From Octopus sinensis (taxonomy: Eukaryota), in NCBI RefSeq assembly GCF_006345805.1, contig NC_043004.1, positions 68,386,001 to 68,450,000 on the forward strand: a stretch of 64,000 nucleotides of DNA. The letters are read 5' to 3'. This document shows positions 37,500 through 51,260 of the stretch, one piece after another. Each line of letters opens with the position of its first letter. Position 1 is the stretch's first letter. The notes below the pieces were generated by a model, which had not been told where the DNA came from, made no database searches, and saw nothing but the letters and a program-made list of their open reading frames with translations. The translations under genes were made by a program, and so were the position numbers.

Positions 37500-37758
37500 A
37501 ATAAATAAATGCGCCCTTTTAAAGCCTAGCCAGGCTCATGAGCCCGGTTTCTCGGGTTCTATGGCGTATGTGTTCCCCAGCTGGACGGGACGTCGGTCCA
37601 CCGCAGTGTTACTCATTTTTGCCAGCTGAGCGTACTGGAGCAACGTGAAATGAAGTGTTTTGCTCAAGAACACAACACGTCGCCTGGCCCAGGAATCGAA
37701 ACCACAATCTTACGATCATGGTGCTGACACCCTAACCACTAAGCCAGGCGCCTCCACA
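37500..37758 (-). mobile_element. tRNA-derived SINE family C
   Basis: Minus strand GTGGAGGCGCCTGGCTTAGTGGTTAGGGTGTCAG...GGTTTCGATTCCTGG (A and B boxes), then TTGTGTTCTTGAGCAAAACACTT and a distinct tail. Confidence 0.85.
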
Positions 37759-37812
37759 CACGAAAGAATACTTCAACTGTATTAAAGAATATGTACCAAA
37801 TTAGTACATATT

Positions 37813-37860
<48 letters not shown>

Positions 37861-38111
37861 CCTTCATCTCTTTTAGTTTATTTGAAGATAGATAAATAAT
37901 AAACTCTGCCTTCTATGATTGGTTTCTTAGCTTTTGATGTGTAACTATGTAAGCGAATTTCCAAGAGAAAAGTATTTATTTCTGTTTCGGTGTTTTCCAA
38001 AGGTCTTACGGGTTTCCCTATATTTTTCGACAGGGCAGTAACCAATATTTCACTAAAGCCAGTTACTGGATACTGTCAAAAGGAGAATCTTATGTTGAAT
38101 CGTATACCCTC

Positions 38112-38151
<40 letters not shown>

Positions 38152-38239
38152 CTTACTTGGAAGAGGACGCGTGGCGTTCAATCATATAATAACAGTTTAA
38201 TAAATAAAACATATGCATACATACATACATATATGTACA

Positions 38240-38470
38240 TACCTACATCTATATGCTTTGCGGGAAGGACTGTTTCGACTACGTCGTGTCCTGCCCTTAC
38301 CTTCGAAACACGCAATAAGTCGAAACGGGCAGCTGAAGAAGGGGAATGTTCCTTGTGTTGTATGTCCTCTGTTTTTTCGTTGTTAAAAAAAAGTCCGTTG
38401 CCATGTCTTTTTTTATGTTCTCATTTCTCGTTGTGTTCTACGTTTTTATGTGGTGTGCTGTACCCATATA
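38240..38470 (+). mobile_element. Penelope-type terminal-repeat fragment (family of 47530-48250)
   Basis: It aligns loosely with the reverse complement of 47530-47715 (GCGGGA..ACT.TTT.GAC...TCGAAA...CA.CTGA.GAAGGG...TT.T.TG). Confidence 0.55.
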
Positions 38471-38544
38471 TGCATGTATATATACATATAGATGTAGGTA
38501 TGTACATATATATATGCATGCATATATTTTATTTATTAAATTGT

Positions 38545-38590
<46 letters not shown>

Positions 38591-38643
38591 TGTATATATG
38601 TGTCTACGTACGTATGAATGCATATATGTATGTATGTATGTTT

Positions 38644-38690
<47 letters not shown>

Positions 38691-38694
38691 GAAG

Positions 38695-38860
38695 CCGTCA
38701 TATATATATATATATATATATATATGACGGCTTCCCATACAGTTTCCGTCTACGAAATTCACTCACATGGCAGTTGTTCTGGTCCGCCATAGTAGAGGGT
38801 TCGTCGTGCAGTTTGATTGAACCCAAAAGTACAGACTGCATAGCGAGGTTCTTAACCGCA
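38695..38860 (-). mobile_element. SINE family B 5' half, diverged
   Basis: GACGGCTTCCCATACAGTTTCCGTCTACGAAATTCACTCAC...CTATAG-like segment. Confidence 0.7.
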
Positions 38861-39417
38861 ACAGCATGTCTGCGTCTTTGGGAAGCGAATTGTTATATCC
38901 TATCAATTGAGATCGTGTAATTCATGGCAATCAATTAAGGGGAAACTACCTCGAAATCATACTTTTCAAGTGGCTGCTTCTGTATAGTTGTTTTACTGTA
39001 TTGTTCATCATGTTACCCACGCATAGCTTTTGTACGGTAAGTCGGAGGTTAGTTAGGTCTTGTCTTTCTATTTATAAGAGAAAACAGTAGAATTGTTATT
39101 CCGTTGTTCCAAACTTTTGGGATTTCTCTGGATGAGGCAAACCTTGCAATATTTGTCGATTTGCTTTAATAGAGATCCTTCTGTGTAAAAATCGGTATTT
39201 GTCTTCTTCTCATATTTGTTCTCTTCACCACCTTGATTGTGTGTGCAAACTGAAATGGTGTACATTCAGAAGACAGTTTTCTGGCTTCATGATATTGGTT
39301 TAAGATATGTGTGTGCATAGAGAGAAAGATAGATAGATCAATATGTAGGCAGGTGTAGATATACATATATGTATATATACACTTAGGATGTATATATGTA
39401 TATATATGAATATATGC

Positions 39418-39493
<76 letters not shown>

Positions 39494-39494
39494 G

Positions 39495-39535
<41 letters not shown>

Positions 39536-39548
39536 ATATATGTATATA

Positions 39549-39600
<52 letters not shown>

Positions 39601-39699
39601 CATAGATAAGCACAAGTTGCGATGTGTACATTGTCGAGATTTTTAATATTAATTTCGTGCATGCACTTTATTTTTGATTTCATTGATTACAGTGTACAG

Positions 39700-40467
39700 A
39701 AGAGTTAGTTGGGCACCGTCTATAAGAAGAGAAGCACCGTGGCGCAATTTACTGTGCCAGGAGTTTGTAAACGACATGCTGCTCCGCTTGGCATTGGAGC
39801 CGAAGGCTCCAATACTTACAATTCAGAGTGCGTGAGTGTCAATCTAAGTACAATTTGAGGACATGTACCCAGAGTGATAAACATCAAACATCTAGTCAAC
39901 ACCATGGTGTTTAGACTGATCACTAGTGATGGCGACGTTATGTATCCTGCTGCCCTGGGTCAAGAGTGTGGATGCTGAGAGACTCGATGTCAGACAATAT
40001 GTCTGAACTGTGCACCATGCCACACAAACAGGAGAACCCAGTCATGGTTTTCAGACAATTTTTGTGACCACATTACGCCTAACATCTGGCTACCTAACTC
40101 CCGAAACTGCAATCCCCTCGAGTATTATGTGTGGGGCGGAGTTGAGAGAGACAATCAAATCTCCTAGTAAGACTAAAGATGCTGAGAGAGATAAACAAAT
40201 CGCTTTGTAACGCCAAAGATGAAGCGCTGGCAAGGATTTTGGCAGCATTCACAAACTTAAACATGGAGACCGTCCAGAAGAGTTGCAGGAGATCCCGAAA
40301 TCGTCTGGAGACTGTGGTTGAAGCCAGTGGCAATTTTATTGTATAAATTAACTCTTCAGTATTTCAAGATATTTTCATGTAATTTTGGTGAATATATATT
40401 AAAATGATTTGTCAGTGTTATTTTAATTTTTGCATAATTTAGGCGGCAGTTTATTCACCGCACCCTG
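39700..40467 (+). mobile_element. maT/DD37D-type (Bmmar1-like) transposon, internally deleted
   Basis: N-terminus VAQFTVPGVCKRHAAPLGIGAEGSN..., then MVFRLITSDGDVM, APCHTNRRTQSW, IWLPNSRNCNPLEYYVWGGVER and RNRLETVVEASGNFI. The 3' TIR ends CACCCTG|TA. Confidence 0.85.
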
Positions 40468-40508
40468 TACATATATATATGTGTGTGTGTGTGAATGTGT
40501 GTATGCGT

Positions 40509-40539
<31 letters not shown>

Positions 40540-40581
40540 CGTATGTGTGTGTATGTGTGTGTGTGTGCGTATGTGTGTGTG

Positions 40582-40622
<41 letters not shown>

Positions 40623-40984
40623 CGCGGCGCGTTGGTCGAATCCTTACCGAGCAGAAAAAGGTTTGCAACATTTCTCCCGACTTTAGGGTTTGTGTTCAAA
40701 TTGCCGCCAGAGTCGACTTTGCCCTTTACTCTTTCGAGGTCGATAAAATAACACATATAACTGCCAGTTGAGCATTGGAGTCTATATGATTCACTTTTCC
40801 CCTTGTTCGAAATTGTTGGAATTTTGCCAAACTGTGAATCCCCTCTGAATTTTTTATAATTGTAGTTGTAGTAAACGCCATACCAGCAATACTGATGGAA
40901 TAAACGCTAGTAATGAAAGTAAATTTGGGACGTCTAGTGTACAAGGATTAACAAACCATGTCACATCCCAACTTCTTCAATGTA

Positions 40985-42120
40985 CACAGACATGCAGGAA
41001 GTAAATAGACACATTTGAAAATTTCTGATCTGAGCGTCTTAATATATTTTCAGCGGTGTAGAATTTACAATGTAATTATTCTTTTTCATGCCCGGTACAA
41101 TTATATTAGACATTTGCGAAGAGTAACCATGCCACGCACAAAAAAATTCAGCAGAACTGTCAGATTTTCAAAGAGGACCTATTGTTGGGTAATCTGAGGC
41201 TGGTCTTAGCCAGCAAAAAATTGCCAAAAATCTTCAAACTCCTCTTACTATTGTAAATATAATTATAGAGCAATTCAAAAGCCAAGGAAAAGAATCAACT
41301 GATTCTTATCCCAGCTGACCTGGGCCCTCGGAAAGGAAGCTTCGCTGTTTGAAGAGAATTCTGGAAAACGAACCCCGTTCGAAGGCTTCTGACATTGCCA
41401 AACAGCTAGAAGTTAGTCCAAGAATTGTGTTGCATATCTGCATAAGCTTGGGTACTATGGACGAGCAACGAGAAAAAAACCTCTCCTTCAATCAATTTAT
41501 ATCACGAAAAGAAAGAAAAGGGATAAGGAGATGTCAGAAAAATCCAGTTCAGTTTGGGATAGAGTGATTTTCTCAAATGAATCCAGATTTGCATCATTTT
41601 CTGACAGTGGACGAGTTTGGTTTTGGAGGTTTCCCAATCATGAATTTGATTTGAAACGACTCCAACTAAGTGTGAAACATTGCATTATCTCTGTAATTGT
41701 ATGGGAGCTGTCACTAGCAATGGTCGTCCTGAGCTGATTGAATGCGTTGGAACCATAAACTCTGAAAAATACATCGAAATGCTTAAGCAAGGACTACTTA
41801 CGATGTATTCACACGACAACATAATGAAAAATGAGTTTTTATTCATGGAAGATGGGGCTCCATGCCACACAGCGAAAAGAAATCAACAATAGGTGACTGA
41901 AAATGGGATCAAAAAGCTTCCTTGGCCGAAATGCAATTCGAAAAAGCCCGCCATTAACATACATGTATAAATGGTGAACATTTCTATATGCTACGTTGGA
42001 TACGATGGTTGTTCGTCTGGTATGTTGATTTTGTTCATTCGTTATAAATCTTGAATTATGCTTCCACGGATGATTAAAAAGTGCATTACTGCACTAATTA
42101 TGAAATCACGGTGATATGCA
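40985..42120 (+). mobile_element. Tc1-like transposon remnant
   Basis: WDRVIFSNESRF (first catalytic D mutated), SVIVWGAVTSNG, INSEKYIEML, FMEDGAPCHTAK and KLPWP. Confidence 0.88.
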
Positions 42121-42356
42121 GCTAAATTCTATTTTTAAGTGACTTGCTTCGAGAGTTGCATTCGGTACTATTTATTTTGGTAGTTTTGACTTTAAGAGTC
42201 CTTCCTAGTGTGTGGCATTTATGTATAGTAATGCCCTCTATATAATACAAATAAATATATTTAAGTGAAAAAATTGGTAAAATTTTTCTCTTATGAGGTT
42301 TTTTCACGCTAACTACTTGATAAATCCTTATAAAGATTTTATCCTATTTTTAAATT

Positions 42357-42445
<89 letters not shown>

Positions 42446-42464
42446 CAGGATATATATATATATG

Positions 42465-42918
42465 CAGGGTGAGGGAAATGTCGAACACCATGGGAGTAAT
42501 TTTATAACATGAACATTTAATTTATTAGTTATTTAATTGTTAAATGTGCTGTTCAGGATGCTCTCATTCCTTTTCATAACGTATTTCAATTTTTGCCAGC
42601 GTGATTCGTTCACACGTCGGACGGTTTCCTCTGCTATTTTACTGAATTTATTTTCAATTCTTTCTTTAAGTTCCTCGATATTTCTAGTGTGTGTCTGATA
42701 AACAACTAATTTCAAATGACCCCACAGATAATAATCTGTGAGTTGTGAGTTTGGTTGGCCTCGGTGGTCATTCAAAGGACCTCTTCAACCTATCTATTTT
42801 CTAGATTTCCACTCATGTTACATCGTCCAAATTGTTCCTGCAAGTAAGAAAATATTAGAACAAATTTGACGTCTAAAACAATATAAATTAACTCCTATGT
42901 GACTCTTGCCTCACCCTG
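42465..42918 (-). mobile_element. Short internally deleted Tc1/mariner-superfamily element with CAGGGTG TIRs
   Basis: Ends CAGGGTGAGGGAAATGTC and GACTCTTGCCTCACCCTG. The minus frame DYYLWGHLKLVVY...IEELKERI matches the PLDFFLWGYLK..VY transposase C-terminus. Confidence 0.8.
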
Positions 42919-44753
42919 CATATATTTCTAAGTTGTTCGCTTCAAAACAACATAGTTTCTTTTCTATTTGTTCTGACTGCACAAGTTACTGAGGAATTGT
43001 TTTATACAATCTTATCAGATGGTCTCGGTGCTAGAGATGTGGCTGGGGAATTTATCACTCTATTGGTGATATAAACAAAAATTAATTTTGCTCCAAAATC
43101 AAATATGAATCTAACTCTCATGTGATCTACCGCAGTATAATTTGTTCTAATACAACATCAACGTCTAAGTGGGTATAAATCTGTTCTACTATAAGCTCAT
43201 ATAATTCAAAGTTGTGTCAGCTAAATACCGTAGACTGAAACTGTATCGAAGACAAACGACTAAGACATTCCTGATTTTGTGTGGTAAACTTAATGAATTG
43301 CACATTTTCTTACCACCACTTCGGTTGTGGAAGCATTTTAGCGTCGTCCATTTTGCAAGAAGTATATGCTTCACTTCGTTTTGAGATCAACTTCCTTTAT
43401 CTTTCTGACAAGTCAACAAAGCGATGTATAAAAAACATGGCTGCTGTTCTACATCAAATAACAATGTCACTAAAAGCTACAATAATACCTATGTGGCATT
43501 TACTTTTATTGCTTCGCGACAGGTTGTTCTTTTCCATTCTACACGAGGTGTTTCAATGGCAACAAAAGATGGTTAGGAATATAAAACTAGCACATAGATA
43601 TCGAGACAGAAAATGAAACAGAATAAATTGAAGCGAAAGTGGAATACAAGCCGTCAAGTATTATGCAAAATATTCTGTTCGTTTTCTTTTCCTTTTCAAA
43701 TGCGATAAACTTGTGAAACATTGCTACGCGTCTATATTCTATTCCTACTTTAAATGCAGATAAGACTTGAAGAGATAAGAGTCGTTAGAATTCCTACATA
43801 TGATTTCATTGTTGCCATTTGTAGTCTCTTCGAAAATATCCTTTGTTAATCGTTAATTCAGCCAACAATAGAAGAGTCTGTCAAGGAAGGAAGTGATATG
43901 AATGTATTCTCTCTGATTGGATGCCAGTCCGGATTAACATTATCAATATACTTTAATGTACACACATTAATAGATATCATGATTGATACACAGGCGGAAG
44001 GGGTGAACTAGGACCTACAAGTGAGAAATTAATTATTTGGCAATGCCCCAATAGATGTCACTAAGTTTATCTTGACTCACCTATCATGTGCCAAAATGTG
44101 ACTTTCACGTAGCAGGAAAACTAATCTCCCTTTTAAAGACAAAATTAAGAAGCCAACCACCGACATACTGCTGTGTGCATTGTATTGACTAATGTGGTTT
44201 CTGAGTTATATGAGGTCATCACCAACAAAGACACAGCAAATACATGAATATGCTTAAATAACGAGGCTTTAATATTTGAACAGCAAATTAGCTGACACAA
44301 AACTGCAAACTAAGAAGCTGCAGATAACGTATGAAGAATGAGATTTGTACTTATATAGAAGGATAAGTCAGTGAAGATCATTGGTGAAGCGTGTTCAGCT
44401 CATTATAATTAAATAGTGGATTCAATTCCCGGACAGAGTAGCGCGCTATGACCTTCAGCAAGCGTGGTGTTTCTTTTCACGTCTACTCGATTGTATATCA
44501 TTATCAGACGGATGCTGATACAGCCATTCTTTCCTCTAGTTGTAAGCAGCCGGATGTACAGCTGGATCATAAATGAGGGAAGTAAGGCAATGTGTTTGAC
44601 TGCTAGAAGCTATATAGACAGGAAATGTATTTCAAAAGCCTTACTCGATTGCTGGCCGATGAATAAATGAAATAAAAAGTAATGCGCGAATATAAGTTGC
44701 TTCTCTATACGCGAGTAAATGGAAGCAATGTGAAGTCGTCTGGCTGTGAGTCT

Positions 44754-44788
<35 letters not shown>

Positions 44789-44904
44789 GGGCTCTCCCAT
44801 CGAAGACGACGTATGAGCGTTCAGCATCTGCCAAACGACGTGTACAAATGATTTGCTTATAGTGATAATATATTTGGCGTACACACACACACACAAACAC
44901 ACAT

Positions 44905-45018
<114 letters not shown>

Positions 45019-45313
45019 CATACATACATATACACAGGTGGGTGGTCAAACAAAAGTGATCTGTCCTCAATATTCGGCAGACAAGTTGCCTTGTGTCTCC
45101 AAGCAACACATATATACACCCACATAAATGCATACGCTTGTAAATATTTGCGTACACACCTCTATATAAATGCATGTATGCTTATATGTGTGTATATATG
45201 TCTGTATGTGTGTGTGTGTGTCTGTGAGTGTATAAGTAATTGTCATATATGTGTACAGATTTTAAATCACATACGTACATGTATACTCACATATGCATTA
45301 TATATATGTGTGT

Positions 45314-45355
<42 letters not shown>

Positions 45356-45874
45356 CTGTGTGTGTGTGTTTGTGTTGCTAATGAGACTTTGTGATTATTT
45401 ATGTGTACCATTCTACATTGCACAATTTCTAACTTTATATATGAAATTATCAGACATCGTAATCAGTAGATTGTAAATTCTGGAAGATTTTTGCTGGTAT
45501 TTCTAACATTCTAAGTGACAACATGAAGGCTCCCATGTTCGCCCATTATTAATTAAGTAGGTATTGCTGATGTTATTGCTGTAGTTGTTAATCTCTTCAT
45601 CATCACTAATAGAGAATCCTAAGATCAAAGATCCTTTAGATGTTTTTCTATTGATTCCGAGTTTTCATTTATCAAACTCTAAAGATTCCATTGCAAACTT
45701 CTTCACACGCACAAGCACAAGCATATGATCACACACACAAAACCACAAGCACACACAAACGCACTGACACACACACACGCAATATATTTATACACACACA
45801 CATATATATATACACATATGTATATATTATAAATATATGTATAGATAGATAGCTATATATATTTAAATAAAATA

Positions 45875-45945
<71 letters not shown>

Positions 45946-46110
45946 GTATATATATACATAATCTTCCGAGTTCTTGTACAGTGCTAAAAATGGAAGGACC
46001 AGTGCAATAAATGTGAATTTGAAAGGGGAATTATGTTGAATAAAATCATAACCTTTTGTATTCAACACAAAGTCAAGAACATTTCAGCAGACACTCATGT
46101 GCGTATATAT

Positions 46111-46141
<31 letters not shown>

Positions 46142-46154
46142 CTATATATATATA

Positions 46155-46208
<54 letters not shown>

Positions 46209-46214
46209 CCAATT

Positions 46215-47480
46215 TGTGTGACCGTGTATTGAATAATATATCAGTTGAATGAAGTTAAAACATGGTCTGTTTTTACGTTCTTTTATCGTATCTTTTTAAT
46301 TTTTTACAATGTTGAAGTTAGTTAAACATTAAACAAATATTTTGTAATGTTCATAAACTTCAATTAGAGCTTTCATACATTCGTAGTAGTCATCAGATTT
46401 CAAAATATATTCAACTGACAGGTAAGTTCTTGACAACTGTAGTAAAATGACTGAATTCTTCCTTTTTATACCTATTAGAAGGTTCCAACAAGCAGAATTT
46501 ATGGAATACGGTTTTGACCAATCTGTATGCAGCTTAAGCATCACGGTTTGCCGGGTGTGCCTATATTACTGGTATAGATCCTGCCTTTATTTTAACCAAT
46601 CAACTTGCCGTTTACATGTAATGGGTTTATGAATTTATGAGTGAGCAAAGTTAGTTGGTTTCGAACGTTCTTTATTTCAATTGGTGGGAGTCTTCTGTAA
46701 TTTTTTTATATTCATATGTTGAACATATTTTTTAATCCGCATCATTAACTGGTTGCTATATTATTGTCGTTATATTATTCTGTTCAGAACACTGTTTGAA
46801 CATTTTAATAAACCGTCTTCCTTTTAACTTTCTTCGAGCCTCACTTGTTTCATGTAGTTTTTGCAAAGGAGAAATTAGAAATATTTTCTGACCACATGTT
46901 GCTATATGTTCGCTGAATGGAATTTGGAGGTGAGTAGAATCGTGGATGGTGATGACTCCATGGCTTGTGCACAGGTGAGATTTAGTGCGGCTGCGATGTT
47001 AGTAGATAAATTCTTGGACTGAGATGGTGAAGAAGAATGATTTCCTCTTGCTGAACATAGTAGTAATAGCGGCAGTAAATGATGATTAAGGCGACCATGA
47101 CGCCAAGCTGATGACGATGATGGCGATGGGTTCGGTTGCCACAACAGTGGGTGCGGTGCAGTGGAGAGAATGTGTCAGATAAGCACAGGAGGAAGGGATG
47201 GACAACGACAAAATATTTGAGATCAATGGTAGCGTTTCAGTGGAATTTCTTGCTGCAGTTGTTCATTCTGCTGTGGTTGCCATTGCTGACAAAAACCTGT
47301 CTTGGTATCTGTGTTAGTTCGTTTTCAGTTCGTCTTGCAATTTTTGCAGCAACGTCATTCGAACATGTGTGAGCGATGTATTGACGCCAATCTTTGTCCA
47401 GTTGCGTTTATCGTAGACATTAGCCTTTTTGATCCGGATATAGGATTAGTGAAGTAATAACCGATAAACATTTTGTGTGC
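46215..47480 (-). mobile_element. Decayed Penelope-like element (GIY-YIG tail plus terminal repeat)
   Basis: IPFSEHIATCGQKIFLISP..ARRKLK..FIK, a downstream TATAAAAAGG..TCAGTC promoter-like motif, and a degenerate CTGATGA..GAAA at about 46365-46405. Bounded by (TA)n. Confidence 0.5.
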
Positions 47481-47481
47481 A

Positions 47482-47529
<48 letters not shown>

Positions 47530-47534
<5 letters not shown>

Positions 47535-48250
47535 GAAATACGAAATACGAAAATATAGAAGAATACAAACTCTTTCGAACAACGTAAGAAACGAATGAAA
47601 AACAAGACAAGTAACATAACAATCGACCCTTCATCAGTTGTCGGCTGTTTTATTTACTCTACATTTCGAGCAATTACGACAAGATGCGCCTTCGTCAAAA
47701 TAGTTGCTCCCGCAAGGCAAACTAAATGCAATTTGAGATTTGCGGAGGATGAAAGTTGGTAACAAAAACAGGACAGTGAAAACAAACAGAAAGTGCTGCT
47801 AATCCATAACGAGGTACGGTGGCGAATGCTGGAGGGACAAGCTTTGACAGGAGAGAGACAAGAATGTGTCTTATCTCTAACTGATTGAAAACAAAGAAAC
47901 TCAAGTTAGGAAAAGAAAGATGGTTGATGGTCACGTGCAGGCAACGAGTAAAGTAAGAAGCATGAGGAAGAGTGAGGGACGGATACAGAATGGTGAAAGG
48001 GAGAGGAAAAGAATTAGAGAAAGGATGAGACAGATAAAAAGGTAACGGGGCGAAGGGGAGATAAAAGGAATTACAGAAAAGATGAGAGAGGAAACGAAAG
48101 GGGAGAAGGAAAGGGAAATAGAATAAAAGACGCAACTGATGAAGGATGGTTTTATGTTACTTGTCTTGTTTTCCATTTGCTTCTTTTGTTCGCAGATAAG
48201 TTCGTATTCCATTTTTGCGTGCTTCGTGATCCATGTTGTTTATTTCTATG
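47530..48250. mobile_element. Penelope-type fragment with inverted terminal repeats
   Basis: CAACTGATGAAGG..TTATGTTACTTGTCTTGTTTT occurs on the minus strand (~47590-47640) and the plus strand (~48135-48175). A degenerate hammerhead TTGACGAAGGC...GCTCGAAATGTA lies on the minus strand at ~47655-47700. Confidence 0.6.
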
Positions 48251-48391
48251 AGGTTCTATAGCCATATATGCATATGTATATTCATATATATGTATGTACG
48301 TATATATATGTGTGTGTGTATATATATATGTGTGTGTGTATATTATTTATATTATTATATGATTGAACGCCACGCATCCATTTCCAAGTAA

Positions 48392-48463
<72 letters not shown>

Positions 48464-48470
48464 TGTATGT

Positions 48471-48526
<56 letters not shown>

Positions 48527-48569
48527 ATAATATATATATATTATATCTTATATATCATATGTTTTGCAT

Positions 48570-49010
48570 GTAGCATGCACGATGCAAGTCTTTGGCACTT
48601 AAGTGTGGTTAACCATTGGCCCTTGCTTCAAGTACACCCCACAAAAAGTAACCAAGAACGAAGAGATCTCTGCTATTACAGGGCCAGATGCTAGCCCTTA
48701 CCAAAAAATGGCACCTTTTCACAAGGAAAGGCCTGGGTTTCTTTTGACGTGTGGCATGGTGCAGAATCCTGGATAAGCATCACATTGTCAAACCCAAACT
48801 TCTACTCCATCCGAGGTAACAGAGAGTTCATCGGGATGTCCAGATACTCCTTTTTGCCGATCGTCCAACAAGATTCAATGAAGTGTGGATCCATGACACT
48901 TCCATCATTCAGGACGGCTCCAAATACTACCACAGAGGCAGGATTCTTAGTTTCAAACACATCGGGTATGTCAGAAGGGTTTTATGCAATCACTCGAGTA
49001 ATCAACCGTA
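48570..49010 (-). mobile_element. maT/DD37D-type transposase C-terminal remnant
   Basis: TKNPASVVVFGAVLNDGSVMDPHF..., MLIQDSAPCHTSKETQAF and IWPCNSRDL..LGYFLWGVLE. Confidence 0.85.
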
Positions 49011-49157
49011 CGTATATATAATATGGAACAATGAGAATCTTCGCTCGACACCGCACTGGTGGATAAAGATTTTATATTTTTGTTTTAAGTGTACCATTGA
49101 CTTCATGTTAAGGAAATTCTCAACAATTATTCAAGCCAGTTGCATACACACACGCAC

Positions 49158-49222
<65 letters not shown>

Positions 49223-49799
49223 TACATCCTTGAATACATTCATTTTGATAGAATAAAGCATAAAAATCTGCAATATATTTTTGAGTGTTTTATAAATGCT
49301 ATGAACCAACATATATGCATATACTTATATAAATGTAAGCATGAATGTATATATGTTTACGTTGTCTGCTATTTTATAGTACAAACTACTCAAAATGTAT
49401 CTAGCAGTTATGAAAAACTCCTTAACAAGGGTTAAAAGGTCGAACATATGAAAAAATCTGACGTCTTAATAGCGATGGCAAACGTTTGGCGAATTCCGAG
49501 AATGAAACGCGATATAGCTTTACAAACAGTGAAAAACACACATAGTGTCACTTCACATTAGTTAAGTGTATCTGATAAATGGCTCTTAATTGACGTCAAA
49601 TATATTAATTCGTTAATAAATCTAAGTGTAAGATTTCAACATACCTCCCGTCACATTCGACTATAAGAAAGAAAACAACAAAACATTCTCTTCTATTCTT
49701 TCTTATACATTCATATTCTTATAATATTAATACGTACATACATAAAGCAGAAAAAGTCTATCCCTCACGCGGCAGTTATATTTCATAATAAATGGAAAC

Positions 49800-49861
49800 A
49801 TAAGTTATTAAGATTCCATCAGTTTTGTATGTGTGCACGTGTATGTATGCATGTATATATC

Positions 49862-49892
<31 letters not shown>

Positions 49893-49894
49893 AT

Positions 49895-49937
<43 letters not shown>

Positions 49938-50400
49938 CATATATATGCATATATATATATATACATATATATATATACATATACACATACATACATGTGT
50001 ATATATGTATATATGTGCGTGTATGTTTGTATTCACATATCAGTATGTATATATATGTAGGTGTTTATATATGTATATATATATATATATATATATGCAT
50101 ACATATATATATTTGTACATATATATATGCATATTTATGTTTATATACATATATATATATACATATATATATATACACATATATACATATATATATATGC
50201 ATACATATATATATATTTATACATATATATATATACATATATATATACATATATATATATCCATATATATACATATATATATACACACATATATATCCAT
50301 ATATATACATATATATACACACACACACACTAACACATACATACATACATACATACATACATACATACATACATACATACATACACACATACGTATGTAT
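49800..50400. repeat. Long compound (TA)n/(TACA)n microsatellite
   Basis: Directly visible. Similar tracts lie at 18410-18570, 23030-23470, 24500-24900, 35540-35960, 39360-39600 and elsewhere. Confidence 0.98.
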
Positions 50401-50804
50401 GCTGGGTTGGGCTGTTCAAGCAGATATGCGAAATATCTCGCTCTGTCTGTAAATATGCGAGAGCGAGGGAACACGGGGGAAGACAGACCGAGATTGTACG
50501 TATCTATGAACGTGCGGCACGTAATGAAGAGATAGTTCTCTGTAACAGTGCCCCGTACGAAATTAACTTTTAGATAAAGAACTGTTTTGACTATAAAACA
50601 CTAATTACTTTAAAGAAGTGATACTGAAGCTAATCACTTCAAAGTAAGTAAGGAACAACATGTACTGTATATATGAACACCTAGATATCTATGTGTGTAG
50701 GTGTACACAGATGTGCGTGTAAGTGCACACACACACACGCTCCTATGTATGTATGTATGTATGTGTATGCGTGTGTGTGCATAGGTGGATAGATGGATGA
50801 AAGG

Positions 50805-51177
50805 ACTGCGAGAAAAATGTTTACCGGCATTTAGTCCGTTTTTATGTTCTGCGTTCAAATTCAGCCGAGGTCGGCTTTGCTTTTCATACTTTCGAAGCTG
50901 ATAAATTCAGTCCCAGTTAATGACTGGGACCCGACTTAACCCCGACTTAACCCCGCCCCTCCCCACAAAATAAAATTCAGGCCTTGTGCTTATAGTGGAA
51001 AGGATTATTACGGTTTAACACGTCGTGCAAAATGCTCTGCGCTTTTCGTCCGTATTTACGACTTTGCATTTCGTACTTTCGTGGTCGATAACAAATTACC
51101 ATTTGAGCCCAAGGGTCGAGGAAATCGCCTAAATCCTTCACCCACAATTTCAGGCCTTGAGCCTATATCAGAAACCT

Positions 51178-51178
<1 letters not shown>
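50805..51178 (+). mobile_element. SINE family A, two tandem diverged copies
   Basis: GTTCAAATTCAGCCGAGGTCGGCTTTGC and two tails of the form ..CACAA..TTCAGGCCTTG.GC.TATA. Confidence 0.75.

Positions 51179-51257
<79 letters not shown>

Positions 51258-51260
<3 letters not shown>

Noticed and set aside
37640-37758. tRNA-like A and B boxes here and in other SINE heads
   Set aside because: There is no complete cloverleaf and each continues into a SINE body, so these are not tRNA genes.
39930-39980. WVQECGC* resembling a TGF-beta or cystine-knot C-terminus
   Set aside because: It lies inside the maT transposase remnant (the LPWV..V..GR segment), so the match is coincidental.
43523-43616. Strong plus-strand acceptor followed by short open frames
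   Set aside because: There is no convincing donor or recognisable peptide. Kept only as a junction to test for the 20008-20286 exon.
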